NCBI RefSeq assembly: GCF_009914755.1
Contig: NC_060926.1
From: the human T2T-CHM13v2.0 reference genome, Homo sapiens
Direction: 5' to 3' (one strand)
DNA length: 64,000 bases
Every line of letters starts with the position of its first letter. Within the stretch, counting starts at the first letter, position 1. Positions 12,240 to 24,020 of this stretch are shown piece after piece. The translations under genes were made by a program, and so were the position numbers. Below the pieces are notes generated by a model. That model saw nothing but the letters and a program-made list of their open reading frames with translations. It did no database searches and was not told the origin of the DNA.

Positions 12240-13010
12240 TTTTTTTAATCCACAAAGCAAACAAAATGATTTTATAAAGTGCAAAGCAGAATATGTCAAA
12301 ACCTATATATTTCTTAGAATATACTAATATAAAATTTAAGCTCGTTACCATTATCTACAAGTGATAGACTTTCCACCTGATATTACCTTTTTTTCTTGGA
12401 GTCTTCCCACCTTCCCCCATCACTTGTGATGATCTAATCAGGGAGGTCGCCTTTTGCAGATAGAACACACTACCCTTAAGCCAACCAATGGGCCTTACAT
12501 TTATGGTTCCTTCCGCCTGAAATTCTCCTTCCCTGCATTATGACATAGCTGGATCCTTCCACCATTCAGATCTTTGGTTTAACCAATTTATGCCTAGTGT
12601 TCCACTACTGGAACACTAAACTTGTGGGAGTTATTTATATCCTACTGCTCAAAGTCATCGCCAAGGTCTGATTTTTCACAAACAAAAAATTTCAACCTCC
12701 GGCATAAATGTGTTAATGTTCATTTCCCTAGAGGAGTCTTCCCTGACCACTAGCTTACATGACTATCCACAAATGCCTTATCACACTCTGTTATCTTAGC
12801 TTGCTTTATTTCAGTGAAGTAAACTTATTTTTGCATTAGTTTACCTGTTTATTGTATATTTTTCACAATCAGAGAAAAACCTGGTAAGAACAGGATCTTG
12901 CCTGCTCATTCACCAACCTCTCAATCCAGACCTTAAAAACAACTCTCAGTGTATAGTGAGTAGACGATCATTTACTCTCTTCTGAAATAATGACTAAAGG
13001 AATGAATAAT
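12240..13010 (+). mobile_element. L2 LINE fragment interrupted by MER85
   Basis: TGGTTCCTTCCGCCTGAAATTCTCCTTCCC...CATTCAGATCT|...AGTCTTCCCTGACCAC...TGAAT tail. Confidence 0.7.
12583..12712 (+). mobile_element. MER85 piggyBac (PGBD3-derived) MITE
   Basis: TTAA TSDs at 12579-82 and 12713-16; TIRs CCAATTTATGCC / GGCATAAATGTG; internal palindrome GTTCCACTACTGGAAC at 12599-12614. Confidence 0.92.
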
Positions 13011-13494
13011 CCATTCAATGCTCAAATCCCTCTCAAACATACTTATTGATATCTTAACCAAGTGCTATCCTATTTTTCCATAAGTAGAAGCAGTGATAAA
13101 GAATTCAGTAGTTTTCCATTTTTTTTACACAAGCTTTCCCTCATTTAGCATATGTTTTCTTTCCAATGTGTTCTTCATATTGATGAATGTCCCCACCTGT
13201 TGTAAAGACACAAAGCAAGTCTACTCCCTTTTTCACATCATGCTTCTTTGATTATTGCCTTTTGAATCTCTTGCACAGGATCTTTTATGCAGGCTAAGAA
13301 TACAAGGCCGATCCTCCATTTTATATTTTGTACTTTTAAATTTCCCTAACTTTTTCCTTATGAATATATTCATATATATAATATATATACATGTCTCATA
13401 CATTTTTTATCACATCTATAATTTTACTAGTACACAGTGGATAATATGTGTGTGTATGTTTGTTTGTGTGTGCATGTGTATATTTGATGCCACC

Positions 13495-13826
13495 TGTTTT
13501 AGTCTGTTGTCACACTGCTAACAAAGACATACCTGAGACTGGGTGATTTATAAAGAAAAAGAGCACAGTTCCACATGGCTGGGGAGGCCTCACAATCATG
13601 GCAGAAGACGAGAGGCACATCTTACTTGGCAACAGACAAGAGAACTTGTGCAGGGGAACTCCCCTTTATAAAACCATCAGATCTCATGAGACTTATTCAC
13701 TATCACGAGAATAGCACATGAAGACCTGCCCCCATGATTCAATTACCTCCAACTGGGTCCCTCCCATAACACATGGGAAATGTAGGAACTACAATTCAAG
13801 ATGAGAGTTGTGTGGGGACACAGCCA
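13495..13826 (-). mobile_element. THE1B-like solo LTR with rearranged terminus
   Basis: TGTTTTAGTCTGTTGTCACACTGCTAACAAAGACATACCTGAGACTGGG...GGGACACAGCCA. Confidence 0.9.
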
Positions 13827-13964
13827 TGATATGGCTGTGAAAAGTTTATATCACATAAACTTTTGTGGCAGCTACATCATACCAATAATTTACACTGTTT
13901 ACAAACCAAAAACAAAACCCAAAAAAATCCCCAAACCATTTTTACAGCACTACAGCAAGTCATG

Positions 13965-14423
13965 TGTGGTGGCCAGGCTCCAATGCAGGCCCAAGGATCC
14001 CTTCTGGCTTCAAGCCATCCTGTAGCTTCCTGCTACATTGCACGATGATTGGGTTGGTCTATGTGATGTACAACACAACACAAGTGAAAGTTTATCACTT
14101 CTGAGGCTAGGTTATAAGTGATATCTGCTATGCTCCCTCTTGACTCCGTTACTTTGGAAGAAGTCAGCTGCTATGTCATAAGGACATACCATCTTAATGG
14201 AAAAGCCCAAACAATGAGAAACAGGGCCTCTCATCACCAAGAGCCATGTGAATGAGTCATCTGAGCAACAAAATATTTAGCCCCCATTAAGCCTTGAATA
14301 TGACCTTAGAAAGCAGAACCACCAAACTACTCTACTCTGAGAAACTGTGTGAGAATATAAAACTTCATGTTTTAAGCTGCTAGTTTTAGACTAAATTTGT
14401 TATACAGTGATGGATAACTAATA
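13965..14423 (+). mobile_element. MLT1 (MLT1F-like) MaLR LTR
   Basis: CACTTCTGAGGCTAGGTTATAAG and terminal TTTTAAGCTGCTAG...TTGTTATACAGTGATGGATAACTAATA. Confidence 0.7.
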
Positions 14424-15018
14424 AATCAAGCCTCCCCCCATCCCATATTCATATAATTAGATTTTTCAGATCTAAATTTTTATTCTCATACATTCTTAGT
14501 AATATCACATCATTACATTTGGTTCTTTTCATTCCACTTAGGATTTCTAAAATAAATAATTAAATAATGAACAAAACTGATGATGATTTACACAATATCA
14601 TCCGACAATTTGGAAAGTCTATTAGCTTTCAAGTTAGTATTGCCACTCAAATTACTGATAAAAATGCTAAAATGGAAAAAGTATTCAACAGCATCCTGCT
14701 GGCCTTTAGCAATCTCTCTAGTTCATAATTTTCTAAGCTCATTTCAAACATACATTTTACCAGCTAATAATTTATTTTTTTCCTTTGTAGCCACACAATG
14801 TCTCTACACTTAATCTACAAAGAAATGAAAATACTTGTGTTATGTCTGTTGCGTTTTCTTGAATTATAAGCCTTAGCATTAAGTTAGAAAGGAAAGAAAA
14901 AATACTTCAATTTGGACATGACTGCTGCTTAGCCCATTTTGGCTTCTGGAAGTATTTTTTCTATTCTAGGGGCTCAAAGGCCATTGTCTTCTACAGTTTT
15001 AAAATAATGCCATGAGTT

Positions 15019-16100
15019 GGGCAAGGACTTCATGACTAAAACACCAAAAGCAATGGCAACAAAAGCCAAAATTGACAAATGGGATCTAATTAAACTAAAG
15101 AGCTTATGCACAGCAAAAGAAACTACCATCAGAGTGAACAGGCAACCTACAGAATGGGAGAAAATTTTTGCAATCTACCCATCCGACAAAGGGCTAATAT
15201 CCAGAATCTACAAAGAACTTAAACAAATTTACAAGAAAAAAATCAAACAACCCCATCAAAAAGTGGGCAAAGGATATGAACAGATACTTCTCAAAAGAAG
15301 ACATTTATGCAGCCAACAGACACATGAAAAAATGCTCATCATTACTGGACATCAGAGAAATGCAAATCAAAACCACAATGAGACACCACCTCATACCAGT
15401 TAGAATAGCGATCATTAAAATGTCAGGAAACAACAGGTGCTGGAGAGGATGTGGAGAAATAGGAACACTTTTACACTGTTGGTGGGATTGTAAACTAGTT
15501 CAACCATTGTGGAAGACAGTGTGGCGATTCCTCAAGTATCTAGGACTAGAAATACCATTTGATCCAGCCATCCCATTACTGGGCATATACCCAAAGGATT
15601 ATAAATCATGCTGCTATAAAGACACATGCACACATATGTTTACTGTGGCACTATTCACAATAGCAAAGACTTGGAACGAACCCAGATGTCCATCAATGAT
15701 AGACTGGATTAAGAAAATGTGGCACATATATGCCATGGAATACTATGCAGCCATAAAAAAGGATGAGTTCATGTTCTTTATAGGGACATGGATGAAGCTG
15801 GAAACCATCATCTGAACAAACTATCACAAGGAGAGAAAACCAAACACCACATGTTCTCACTCATAGGTGGGAACTGAACAATGAGAACGCATGGACACAG
15901 GGTGGGGAACATCATACACCAGGGCCTGCTGGAGGGTGGGGGGAGGGGGAGGGATAACATTAGGAGATATACCTAATGTAAATGATGAGTTAACAGGTAC
16001 AGCACACCAACAGGGCACATGTATACATATCTAACAAACCTGCACGTTGTGAACATGTACCCTAGAACTTATAGTAAAATTAAAAATAAATAAATAAAAT
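15019..16100 (+). mobile_element. 5'-truncated L1PA (about 1.1 kb; ORF2 C-terminus, 3'UTR and A-rich tail)
   Basis: ORFs 15017-15815 are L1 ORF2 C-terminus with the Cys-rich motif [19 protein letters not shown]; TSD AAAAT(A/C)ATGCCATGAGTTGG at 15001 and 16101; TTTT/AAAA endonuclease site. Confidence 0.97.
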
Positions 16101-16759
16101 AAAATCATGCCATGAGTTGGCATAAAACTCATCTGCTTCTCCTTTTAAATGAATATGAAAATGGCATTTGCCCCTTTTTAGTCCTGGGTCACCTTCTCAA
16201 TCCTGCACTGTTCACTGATGATTACTGCTTGTGGTCCTCAGGTCTGTACACATTGGAAATCTCTTTATGCATTTTGGAATGGTCACCTTGCTTCCCAAGG
16301 TAGCTACATGTCTATGCACATTTATTTAAATATGTTTCATTACATTGAATTAATCTGTATTTCCTTTTAGATCCTACTTACTGGTACACCCATCAACAAA
16401 AAACAAACCCAAAATGGAGAAGAGAAGAGGATATATTAACCATTACATATTTTATAAACACTACAAACCCTGGCAAGTAACATTTGTGAAATTAGTGAAT
16501 GAATGAATTAATAAATGAACATAAGTGTGAAGCATGCTTATTTAGAAAACCCAGTTCTGTTCATTAACACTTACAATTCAAACACGTATGTGAATCTGGT
16601 TAATACACTCTTTACCACAAGATGAGGGTGTATAACTTATTTATTTTCCTGTACTTTCTTCTGAAATATATTAAATTTTCTGCCAAGATATAAAATCAAT
16701 AAGCAGAATACTTCTTCAGTTACTTACTGTGCATGAAAAAATAAGGAGACAGAAATAGA

Positions 16760-17455
16760 ACACAATTTTGAAAAATATAAACCAGTTTTAAGATATTTCC
16801 AGATTTGATATTTTCCATTATTACCTTTAAATAAACTCCATCGAAAAAGGAGTCCTTTGCCTATCAGCAAAAGAAATTCTGTTATATGCAAGTGATAAGC
16901 CAATCTAAGGACATATAAAATAAGTTATTATGCAATAAATATGTCATCCCCAATCAGAGTAGAAGGATAAGAACAATAAAAAGAGCTAGGGTAATAGAAA
17001 TGGAATTTTAAAACATATGAATCCTGCTATTAGTCTATTTCTCAGAACATACTCCAGATGCAATAAAGTGCTAAATTCTTTATATAAATATATAAAGACA
17101 CCAGTAAATAAATGAGCAATGGACAAAAAACTGAATTCCTCAAAATAGGAATAGAACACTTTAACAAACACATGGAAAGAAAGACGTTCACCCCCATGAG
17201 GAATCAAATAAATAAAAAATAGTATAATAATAATACACACTTTTTAATCTAACAAATTAGAAATTATTTAAATTTAATACACAGAAGCAATGCCTGTTGG
17301 CGGAAGATGAAAGAGGCACATTTACATTAACATAAATGGGAGTATAAATTACTTATAAACCCTACTGAGAAGTCATCTGTCAATATCTATTTTAAAAAGG
17401 CTTAAATGTATTAATTGCCTTTAACTCACTAATTCCATTTCTAAAAATTTCACTA
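16760..17455 (+). mobile_element. Old L1M (L1ME-like) fragment
   Basis: Degenerate A-rich ORF2-end motifs (AAATGAGCAATGGAC...AACAAACACATGGAAAGA...GGGAGTATAAATT). Confidence 0.55.
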
Positions 17456-17757
17456 GGCTGGGCACAGTGGCTCACACCTATAATCCCAACCCTTTGGGAG
17501 GCCGAGGCAGGTGGATCACCTGAGGTCAGGAGTTTGAAACCACCCTGGCTAATGTAGTGAAACCCCGTCTCTAGTAAAAATACAAAAATTAGCTGGGCAT
17601 GGTGGTGCATGCTTGTACTCCCAGCTACTCAGGAGGCTGAGGCAGAAGAATCACTTGAACCTGGGAGACAGACATTGCGGTGAGCCAAGATTACACCATT
17701 GCCCTCCAGCCTAGGTGACAAGAGCAAAATTCCGTCTCAAAAAAAAAAAAAGAAAAA
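17456..17757 (+). mobile_element. AluS SINE
   Basis: Full dimer with poly(A); TSD-like AAATTTCACTA / AAAATCACTA. Confidence 0.97.
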
Positions 17758-18607
17758 ATCACTAGAATGATCTCCCCTTTTCTGTGTGGCAATGTCTTAG
17801 CAAACATTAGATCATCTCCCACAGCCAGTTCAAGCTTCATTCTCTTCCTGGAGCTTACTGTCCCAACATGGAAAATACCTTCCTCTACCTTGTTAAAGCT
17901 GATCTGGCCTTTCAGGAGAGGTCTCTGATTATTTAAAAGAAAAGCCTGCATGTTTGTGGAAAGGAAAAGGAGAGGGAGATAGGATATACAGTAAGGAACT
18001 CACATTTCCATCAGGAGTAAATGAGATGCTCTTTGAAATAGTGAAAGGCCCTTTGGTCTTAAGAGCAATATAATCCTGAATTACAGAAGAGCAAGGTTAG
18101 AGCTAACATAGCAGAGAATAAAGGAGATGATAAGAAAGGTAAACGTGTCTGAATGAGAAGGCCAAGAAGATGAAATCAGGAATGAAAAAGATCCAGGTTG
18201 AAAATGTTGCTTTCAACTGGAGTGATGAGATAACATTTCGGGAAACAACTGTGAACCAACCTTGGAAAGGCAAGCAAGATTGTAATCAGAATATTAAGCT
18301 GGTGGGGAGGAAGTGAGTTCCAGGCCATGCTTTTCTAGATACTAAATGAAGGGTCTGATTACAAGCCTCACAAGTTGGAAGGCAAGAGAAAACTCACAGA
18401 AACTTCAGAAAAGATTTACATAGGCATGGAAATGACCTGAAGCAAAAACAAAAAGAAGAAGAAGAAAAAGCCACCAATGGGCTTGCACACACATACACAC
18501 ACCAACATACACACGGCTTTTATTTCTATGTTGTTTGCTCATCTTTCTGAACCTCAGGTGCATACAATTGAAATGTTCATATTCATTAGTCAATAATACG
18601 CTATAAT

Positions 18608-19191
18608 AGTTGGGAGAAAAGCTGTGTGTTGGAGAAGCAGAGGCAGGGCTTGCATGTCTGACATAATGTAAAAGAGTCTTGGAACATGTCCGGGGTCCAG
18701 GATCTAAAATCCCTTGTGACCTTTGAAACACCAAGCTCTGTGCCAAAATATGGAAGGCTATACTGACGCACCATAATCTAAGCCCAGGGCATAAAATCCC
18801 TCGTGGCTTGGATAGAATCCAGGGCTCATGGCTCTGGAATAGATTTGCTGGCTCCTTGCTCCTTGCTCTCCCAGGATTGATCGTATCTTGAGTTAAAAGA
18901 ACCTGGTCCCCATTATCTCAAGTAGCAGAGCATATGCTAAACCATCACAGATGTAAATCATGTACTTAATTCAATGCGCCCTTTCGACCCCCACATTCTC
19001 ACCATTTGTTTCTTTGTTTGATCACCAATAAATAGTCTGGGCTTCCAGAGCTCTGGGCCTTTGCAGCCTCTATACACTAGCGATGGCCCCCTGGTCCCAC
19101 TTTACTTCTCAAACTGTCTTTTTCTCAATCCTTTGACTCCGCTGAACTTTGTTGCCCCTATGACATGGTGTTGGGTCTGATCACCCCAACA
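18608..19191 (+). mobile_element. Solo ERV LTR, LTR22-family-like (HERV-K HML-5)
   Basis: Starts ..TTGGGAGAAAAGCTG, ends GGTCTGATCACCCCAACA; AATAAA near 19027; 5-bp flank ATAGT on both sides; family name from memory. Confidence 0.7.
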
Positions 19192-19479
19192 ATAGTTATC
19201 AGTCCAAGTAAAGTCACTGCATCTATTGTGTTTTCATGTCCCCTCAGCAAGCTCATTATGCTATATGCCTCTCTCCAAGTATATGGATTATGTCTTCATG
19301 CCTGCCTTCCATATGTTTAGATATAGATATTTCCTTGGAAAATATAAATCTGATATTCCTTAACTTGAAAACTCATCTGAGAGAATTCATATAAAATATT
19401 AATTTTATGTCAGAGAAGGATAAATGAATATTATCTTGTTCTCTATAAATTTCTGTATATTATTTAAAAAATTAAAACA

Positions 19480-20330
19480 CTAAAATTATATGTAGTAATG
19501 TGTGTGGTTTTCAAAATCAATATAAATGGCATTGTGCTGTAATTCTCATGCTGTTTTTCAGCTTTTTTTTTCATTAATTTCTATGTTCTTGGGAGCTATC
19601 CACACTAGTTTATGTAAATATGATCCTTGGCATTAAAATATATTCTGGGCGATGCATAGTACACATTTTATATACCAATAATCATGTTTTCAGCCCTTTA
19701 CTTCAAAGTGTCTTGCTATGAATCTAAGATTTTCTGTGAAGTCCTGCTGGGTCCCCAGATGCACATATTCAATTTCAATAAGCCCTACTAGAATGGCTAT
19801 ACCAGTCTATACTCTTACCAGTAGTGCATGGAAGTTGCCACACTATCTTATGCCCTTAATGTTTTGAGGCTTTTGACTTTTACCATCTGGAAGTATGCAA
19901 AGGGGTGTTTCAATGTTTTAATTACTTTTCTGTGGTTACTAAAAGGTTGAGCGTTGTCTCATGTTTTTGTTAGTCATTTGGATGTTCCTCTCTTTGAATT
20001 TCCTTTCATATTATTTGCTCAATTTTTCAACTGGAGATTTTACCTTTTTTTGGCTTATTTAGTGTTGTCCTTTGCCTTTTCTAGATAATAACATCTTCCC
20101 AATTTTATACTTTGCAATTGCCACCACTCAGTTGTCATCCTTGTGTTAATTTTCCTCTGCTACCATTTGTTGATGAGGCTTCTTTAATTTTGATATATAT
20201 ATAATTTGTGTGTGTTTTAGATCTTTTTCATTTTGTTCATACAAAGACCCATTCTTCTACTTTTTTATTAATATTAGCTTTTATGTTTCACATTTAGGAA
20301 TTTAATTTTATTTGCATAAATTGTCACTAG
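19480..20330 (-). mobile_element. Old L1M fragment
   Basis: T-rich antisense L1 motifs (ATACCAGTCTATACTCTTACCAGTAGTGCATG; GGTTGAGC...TTAGTCATTTGGATGTTCC). Confidence 0.65.
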
Positions 20331-21432
20331 ATTAATTAACTAATAATTTCATCAACTTCAGAAAAAGAAACAGCCTTAAAGAGATCGCTATGCAAAGTCA
20401 CAGAAGTTAAATGGCATTTGAAACAATAGAAAAGCATGACATTCTTCTGGAATCATTTTTGAAATGGATCCATGCATTTATTTTTACTTTCAAAAATGAG
20501 TCATTCTCAACGTGCGAGGTTGGTAGCTTAGCTTAGAGGAGTCTAAGGAAGGGAAAGCTCAAATTCATTAATAAAGTAATAAAAGTAAACTATTAAGTAA
20601 AACAATCATTTTTCCAAAGCAGATGAAAATCAAAGATGGATCAAAGAAGAACTGTGGTTCTTTTGTCAAAAACTATAGCAAAGAAAGCAATATTCTAACA
20701 ACAAAAGAAATTCTGCCATTATGGGTTGATGATTTTTTAAAATTTTTTATATATTTTTTTTAAAGAGTAAAGGCGGACAACACTATGAGGAGAATGTGAT
20801 CCCCAAATTATGCTGCCATTTAGAGCACATTATATCTGAGTCACCAGCAGCGCCGACCTTGAGTATGTTGGGGTAGGTGGGCAACCGTGTCTCAAAGAGG
20901 CAGCTGAGCACATTTCTGATGCTGGGACCCTGGGAAAGTCAGTTCTTTTTCACCTTAGTTTTTATATCTGAGTATAACTTTAAAATTCAGCCTCATACAT
21001 AGCAAAGGACAACCCAAAGGCTGAGAAAGGAAAGTTTTACCCCAGAGCAGGTGCTCAAGTGCTCCTTCCATGACTGTGTGAGTGGTACGTGGCCTTTCCG
21101 AGGCAGAGGAGCTCAGATGGAGCAGCCTCCTCCATGATATCAGCAGGCCTGGAACAAGCTCCTCTTTACCTGATCAACTCAATAGTGGGTGGAATGAAGT
21201 TTTGATGTGAGTCCAGTTAATTTTACTTTTTAACCGCAAAGCCTGGCTTACTTAGCTATGGCCTTGGTGTTTGAATATGCTTTTTCTGTGATAGCTGATT
21301 GGCTGCTATTGTCAGTATGTCCCGATGAGACTGGTCAGAAGCTGAACCTTGAAATATATGTTCTTCAAATAAACGTGAAAGTATATGTGTGTGATTTACT
21401 CAACTAATTTTTAATTAGTTTCGATTAGTTTT

Positions 21433-21554
21433 AATTGTGGGAATATCTTAATCCCACCATCAAAGATACTGTAATCTACTTGGGACAACAAGATGATTAG
21501 TTAAAAACATGGGAATTGAATGACAGGGCTGGAGAATAACAGGCTCATTATTAA
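21433..21554 (+). repeat. Left arm of a 122-bp inverted repeat
   Basis: Reverse complement of 23681-23802, ungapped, 14 mismatches by hand alignment. Confidence 0.95.
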
Positions 21555-23680
21555 GACTAATTAAAATTTTAATTTCTTCCAATTGGTCAAAGAGCAAAAT
21601 TGTATATGTCTCCGTGAGCTACTTCCGTTGTGTCAGATGCTAAGTTCATGCCAATGTACCTGACAAACTCAACCCTTGTCCACAGTAAGAATAGCTACCT
21701 GATACAATGATATTAATTAAAAATAAGTTTTAGATAAGTGAACAAACTGCTGAGAAAGAGAAATAAAAGATGTTCTTAGGCACAGCATGTAGACCCTAAG
21801 GTAGTCATGTTTGGAAGTGGAAGGTGGCAGAAATCTGTTACTGGGCATTCAAACAGACAGCTGAGAGATAACGCAGAGTTAGTTATGAGAAGAGGAGAAA
21901 GAAGAGTATTTCTGGCATCAAAAACAGCAATTGTGAAGCCCCAGAGGTCAAAGAAAATGAAATACTGCCACGACATTTAACAGATGCTGGACTGCCTGTC
22001 CCAGTAGAAAAATCTGATTCTTCTACCATTTTTATCCAAGATTACTCCATCATAGGCAGATTTGAATTGACTTTATCCATCCCTCAAGGGTTCAAGTTTT
22101 AACATCCAAAACTTTATGTTCAGATCAAATTCATTATTTTTAAACTCTAAAATAGCCTTTCTTATTATTCCTTTTTAAATTCATTTTATAATTTCCCTAA
22201 CAGATCCCAATTCTCCTATCTTAGCATAACTCCAGATCAACCACCTAGGATTATTCGATGGAGTTATCTGCATGAAGTAATTACTTTTTTTTTCTTGCAA
22301 CCATTTCATATTCCAAGATAAGTCTTTAGACTTTAAGGCATGTACTATCTGTTCAGTTTGCAAATTTTCTTGGAAGTTAAAAGAGAAGAGTCAGCAATTT
22401 ACTTCACTGACTGAAAAAGAAACTTTAAAAACCATTCCACCTCTGCATCTTTTGGCACTTAGAAAATCTTGATTAATTCTTTAAGATGTCAAAAATGGTA
22501 GTTAACTGTATGTCTTTTGTTGAAGATTAGAAATCTTTGTTCAGGGCATTTGAATAATAGTTTTATGATAATGTTCAATTGTGATGAAGACAAGTCACAT
22601 TGAATCATTTACTCATGAGTTGAAACCTGGGAAACTGTCCTGCATGTCAAAATAATAGAAAAGTGACTTCTGAAATGATATTGGAGGTAAGGCACTTTAT
22701 TTCAAATGCCTCTGATAACAAAAATGAAAGATTGGAATATAATAATTTAGGATATATTTTCTTTTCCTCAGTAATTCATGTTTACTACATTAACATTTGA
22801 AATTGGACTTGCAGGTGTGTCTTCTTTCACAAAACAGGTGTCTTCCTAAAAAAATACAGAAATTACTGAAAAGGAACTCACATTTTAAATGTGCTGGGGA
22901 AAATTCCAATTAAAAGAAATATTATGAAGTCTCCTTGACAAATACAACAATATTTCTTCTATGCAAATGATTCATATTAATTGGCTTGGTTCTTGAATTA
23001 ATATGTTTATATATTGGGCTTTGTTTAATATGTGCTCAACAGTGTGGAACATAAATCTGATACAAACGTTTTACCTTTTGAAATGTTACTTAGACTTTAG
23101 GAAAAATATGTCTTTGCTGAAAAGGAAGAATTGAAAGGAGAGAAGGAAAAGAGAGAATGAAGGAGGAGGACAACGAAAAAAAGAGAGAAAAATGATTTGT
23201 AATATTCTGTTTGTATATTGAGCTTTAAAGCAGCCACAGGCTGAGAACACCCTTGTCTGTGATCTCTTGGCATTTTTTGTAAATTTTTTAAAATTTTTTT
23301 AAAATTTTTCTTTCAGATGTTGGCATCTTCATGAAGGGGCATGTTTGTTATTAAAAGCCTGATAAATACTTTCAATGGCCATTCTCTGGCTCAAGCCATC
23401 TGCACTAGGCCAAGAGGTGGCATATACTGGGTGGGAAAAGAAATGTTTATGAAATTTGAACTAAGTTGAAACTACTTAAAGTTCAAGCCTTAGGATCAAG
23501 GACAAAAGAAAAGAAAAGCCAAGATGAAAACAAATGAGCTCCCTTCCATTCAAAGACTCTAAAATCTGTCTTTATGGCCACAGATTGTACAGGTTTCCCT
23601 GCCTTTTTTTGCCCCCATTTTCTTAACAAAGACCAGTTTCTCACTGATAACATTGCACTGATCACCTGCAATCATCACTT

Positions 23681-23802
23681 TTAATAATAAGCCTGTTATT
23701 CTCCAGCCCTATCATTCAATTCCCACGTTTTTATGTAAACATCTTGTTGTCCCAAGTAGATTACAGTGCCTTTGACAGTAAGATTCAGATATTCCCATAA
23801 TT
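23681..23802 (-). repeat. Right arm of a 122-bp inverted repeat
   Basis: For example CATCTTGTTGTCCCAAGTAGATTACAGT pairs with ACTGTAATCTACTTGGGACAACAAGATG. Confidence 0.95.
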
Positions 23803-23819
23803 TTCAGAGCCGCAATTAT

Positions 23820-24020
23820 GCATCAAGAACATCATTGTGTTTTAAACAAAGCACTAGTTCATTTAATGCTCACAAACCCTGAAAATGGGTATTATTCTTC
23901 TTTCCATTTTCAGAGGAATCAACTAAGGTGTTGAGGATTTAAATAACTTGTCCATGCTTTTACAACTCAGAGGCAAAGCATATTTCAAAGGCTTGTTTCA
24001 AAGCTCTTCATCTTTCCACA
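23820..24020 (-). mobile_element. MIR SINE
   Basis: TCATTTAATGCTCACAAACCCTG...CCATTTTCAGAGGAATCAACTAAGG...AATAACTTGTCCA. Confidence 0.65.

Noticed and set aside
15017-15815. 128-aa and 179-aa ORFs
   Set aside because: Frameshifted C-terminus of L1 ORF2 in a 5'-truncated copy, not a host gene
20810-20860. AP-1 (TGAGTCA) and weak CTCF-like motifs
   Set aside because: Short motifs expected by chance; cannot support a regulatory call from sequence alone
21433-23802. 122-bp inverted repeat as DNA-transposon TIRs
   Set aside because: No TSD, no recognised TIR motif and no transposase remnant inside
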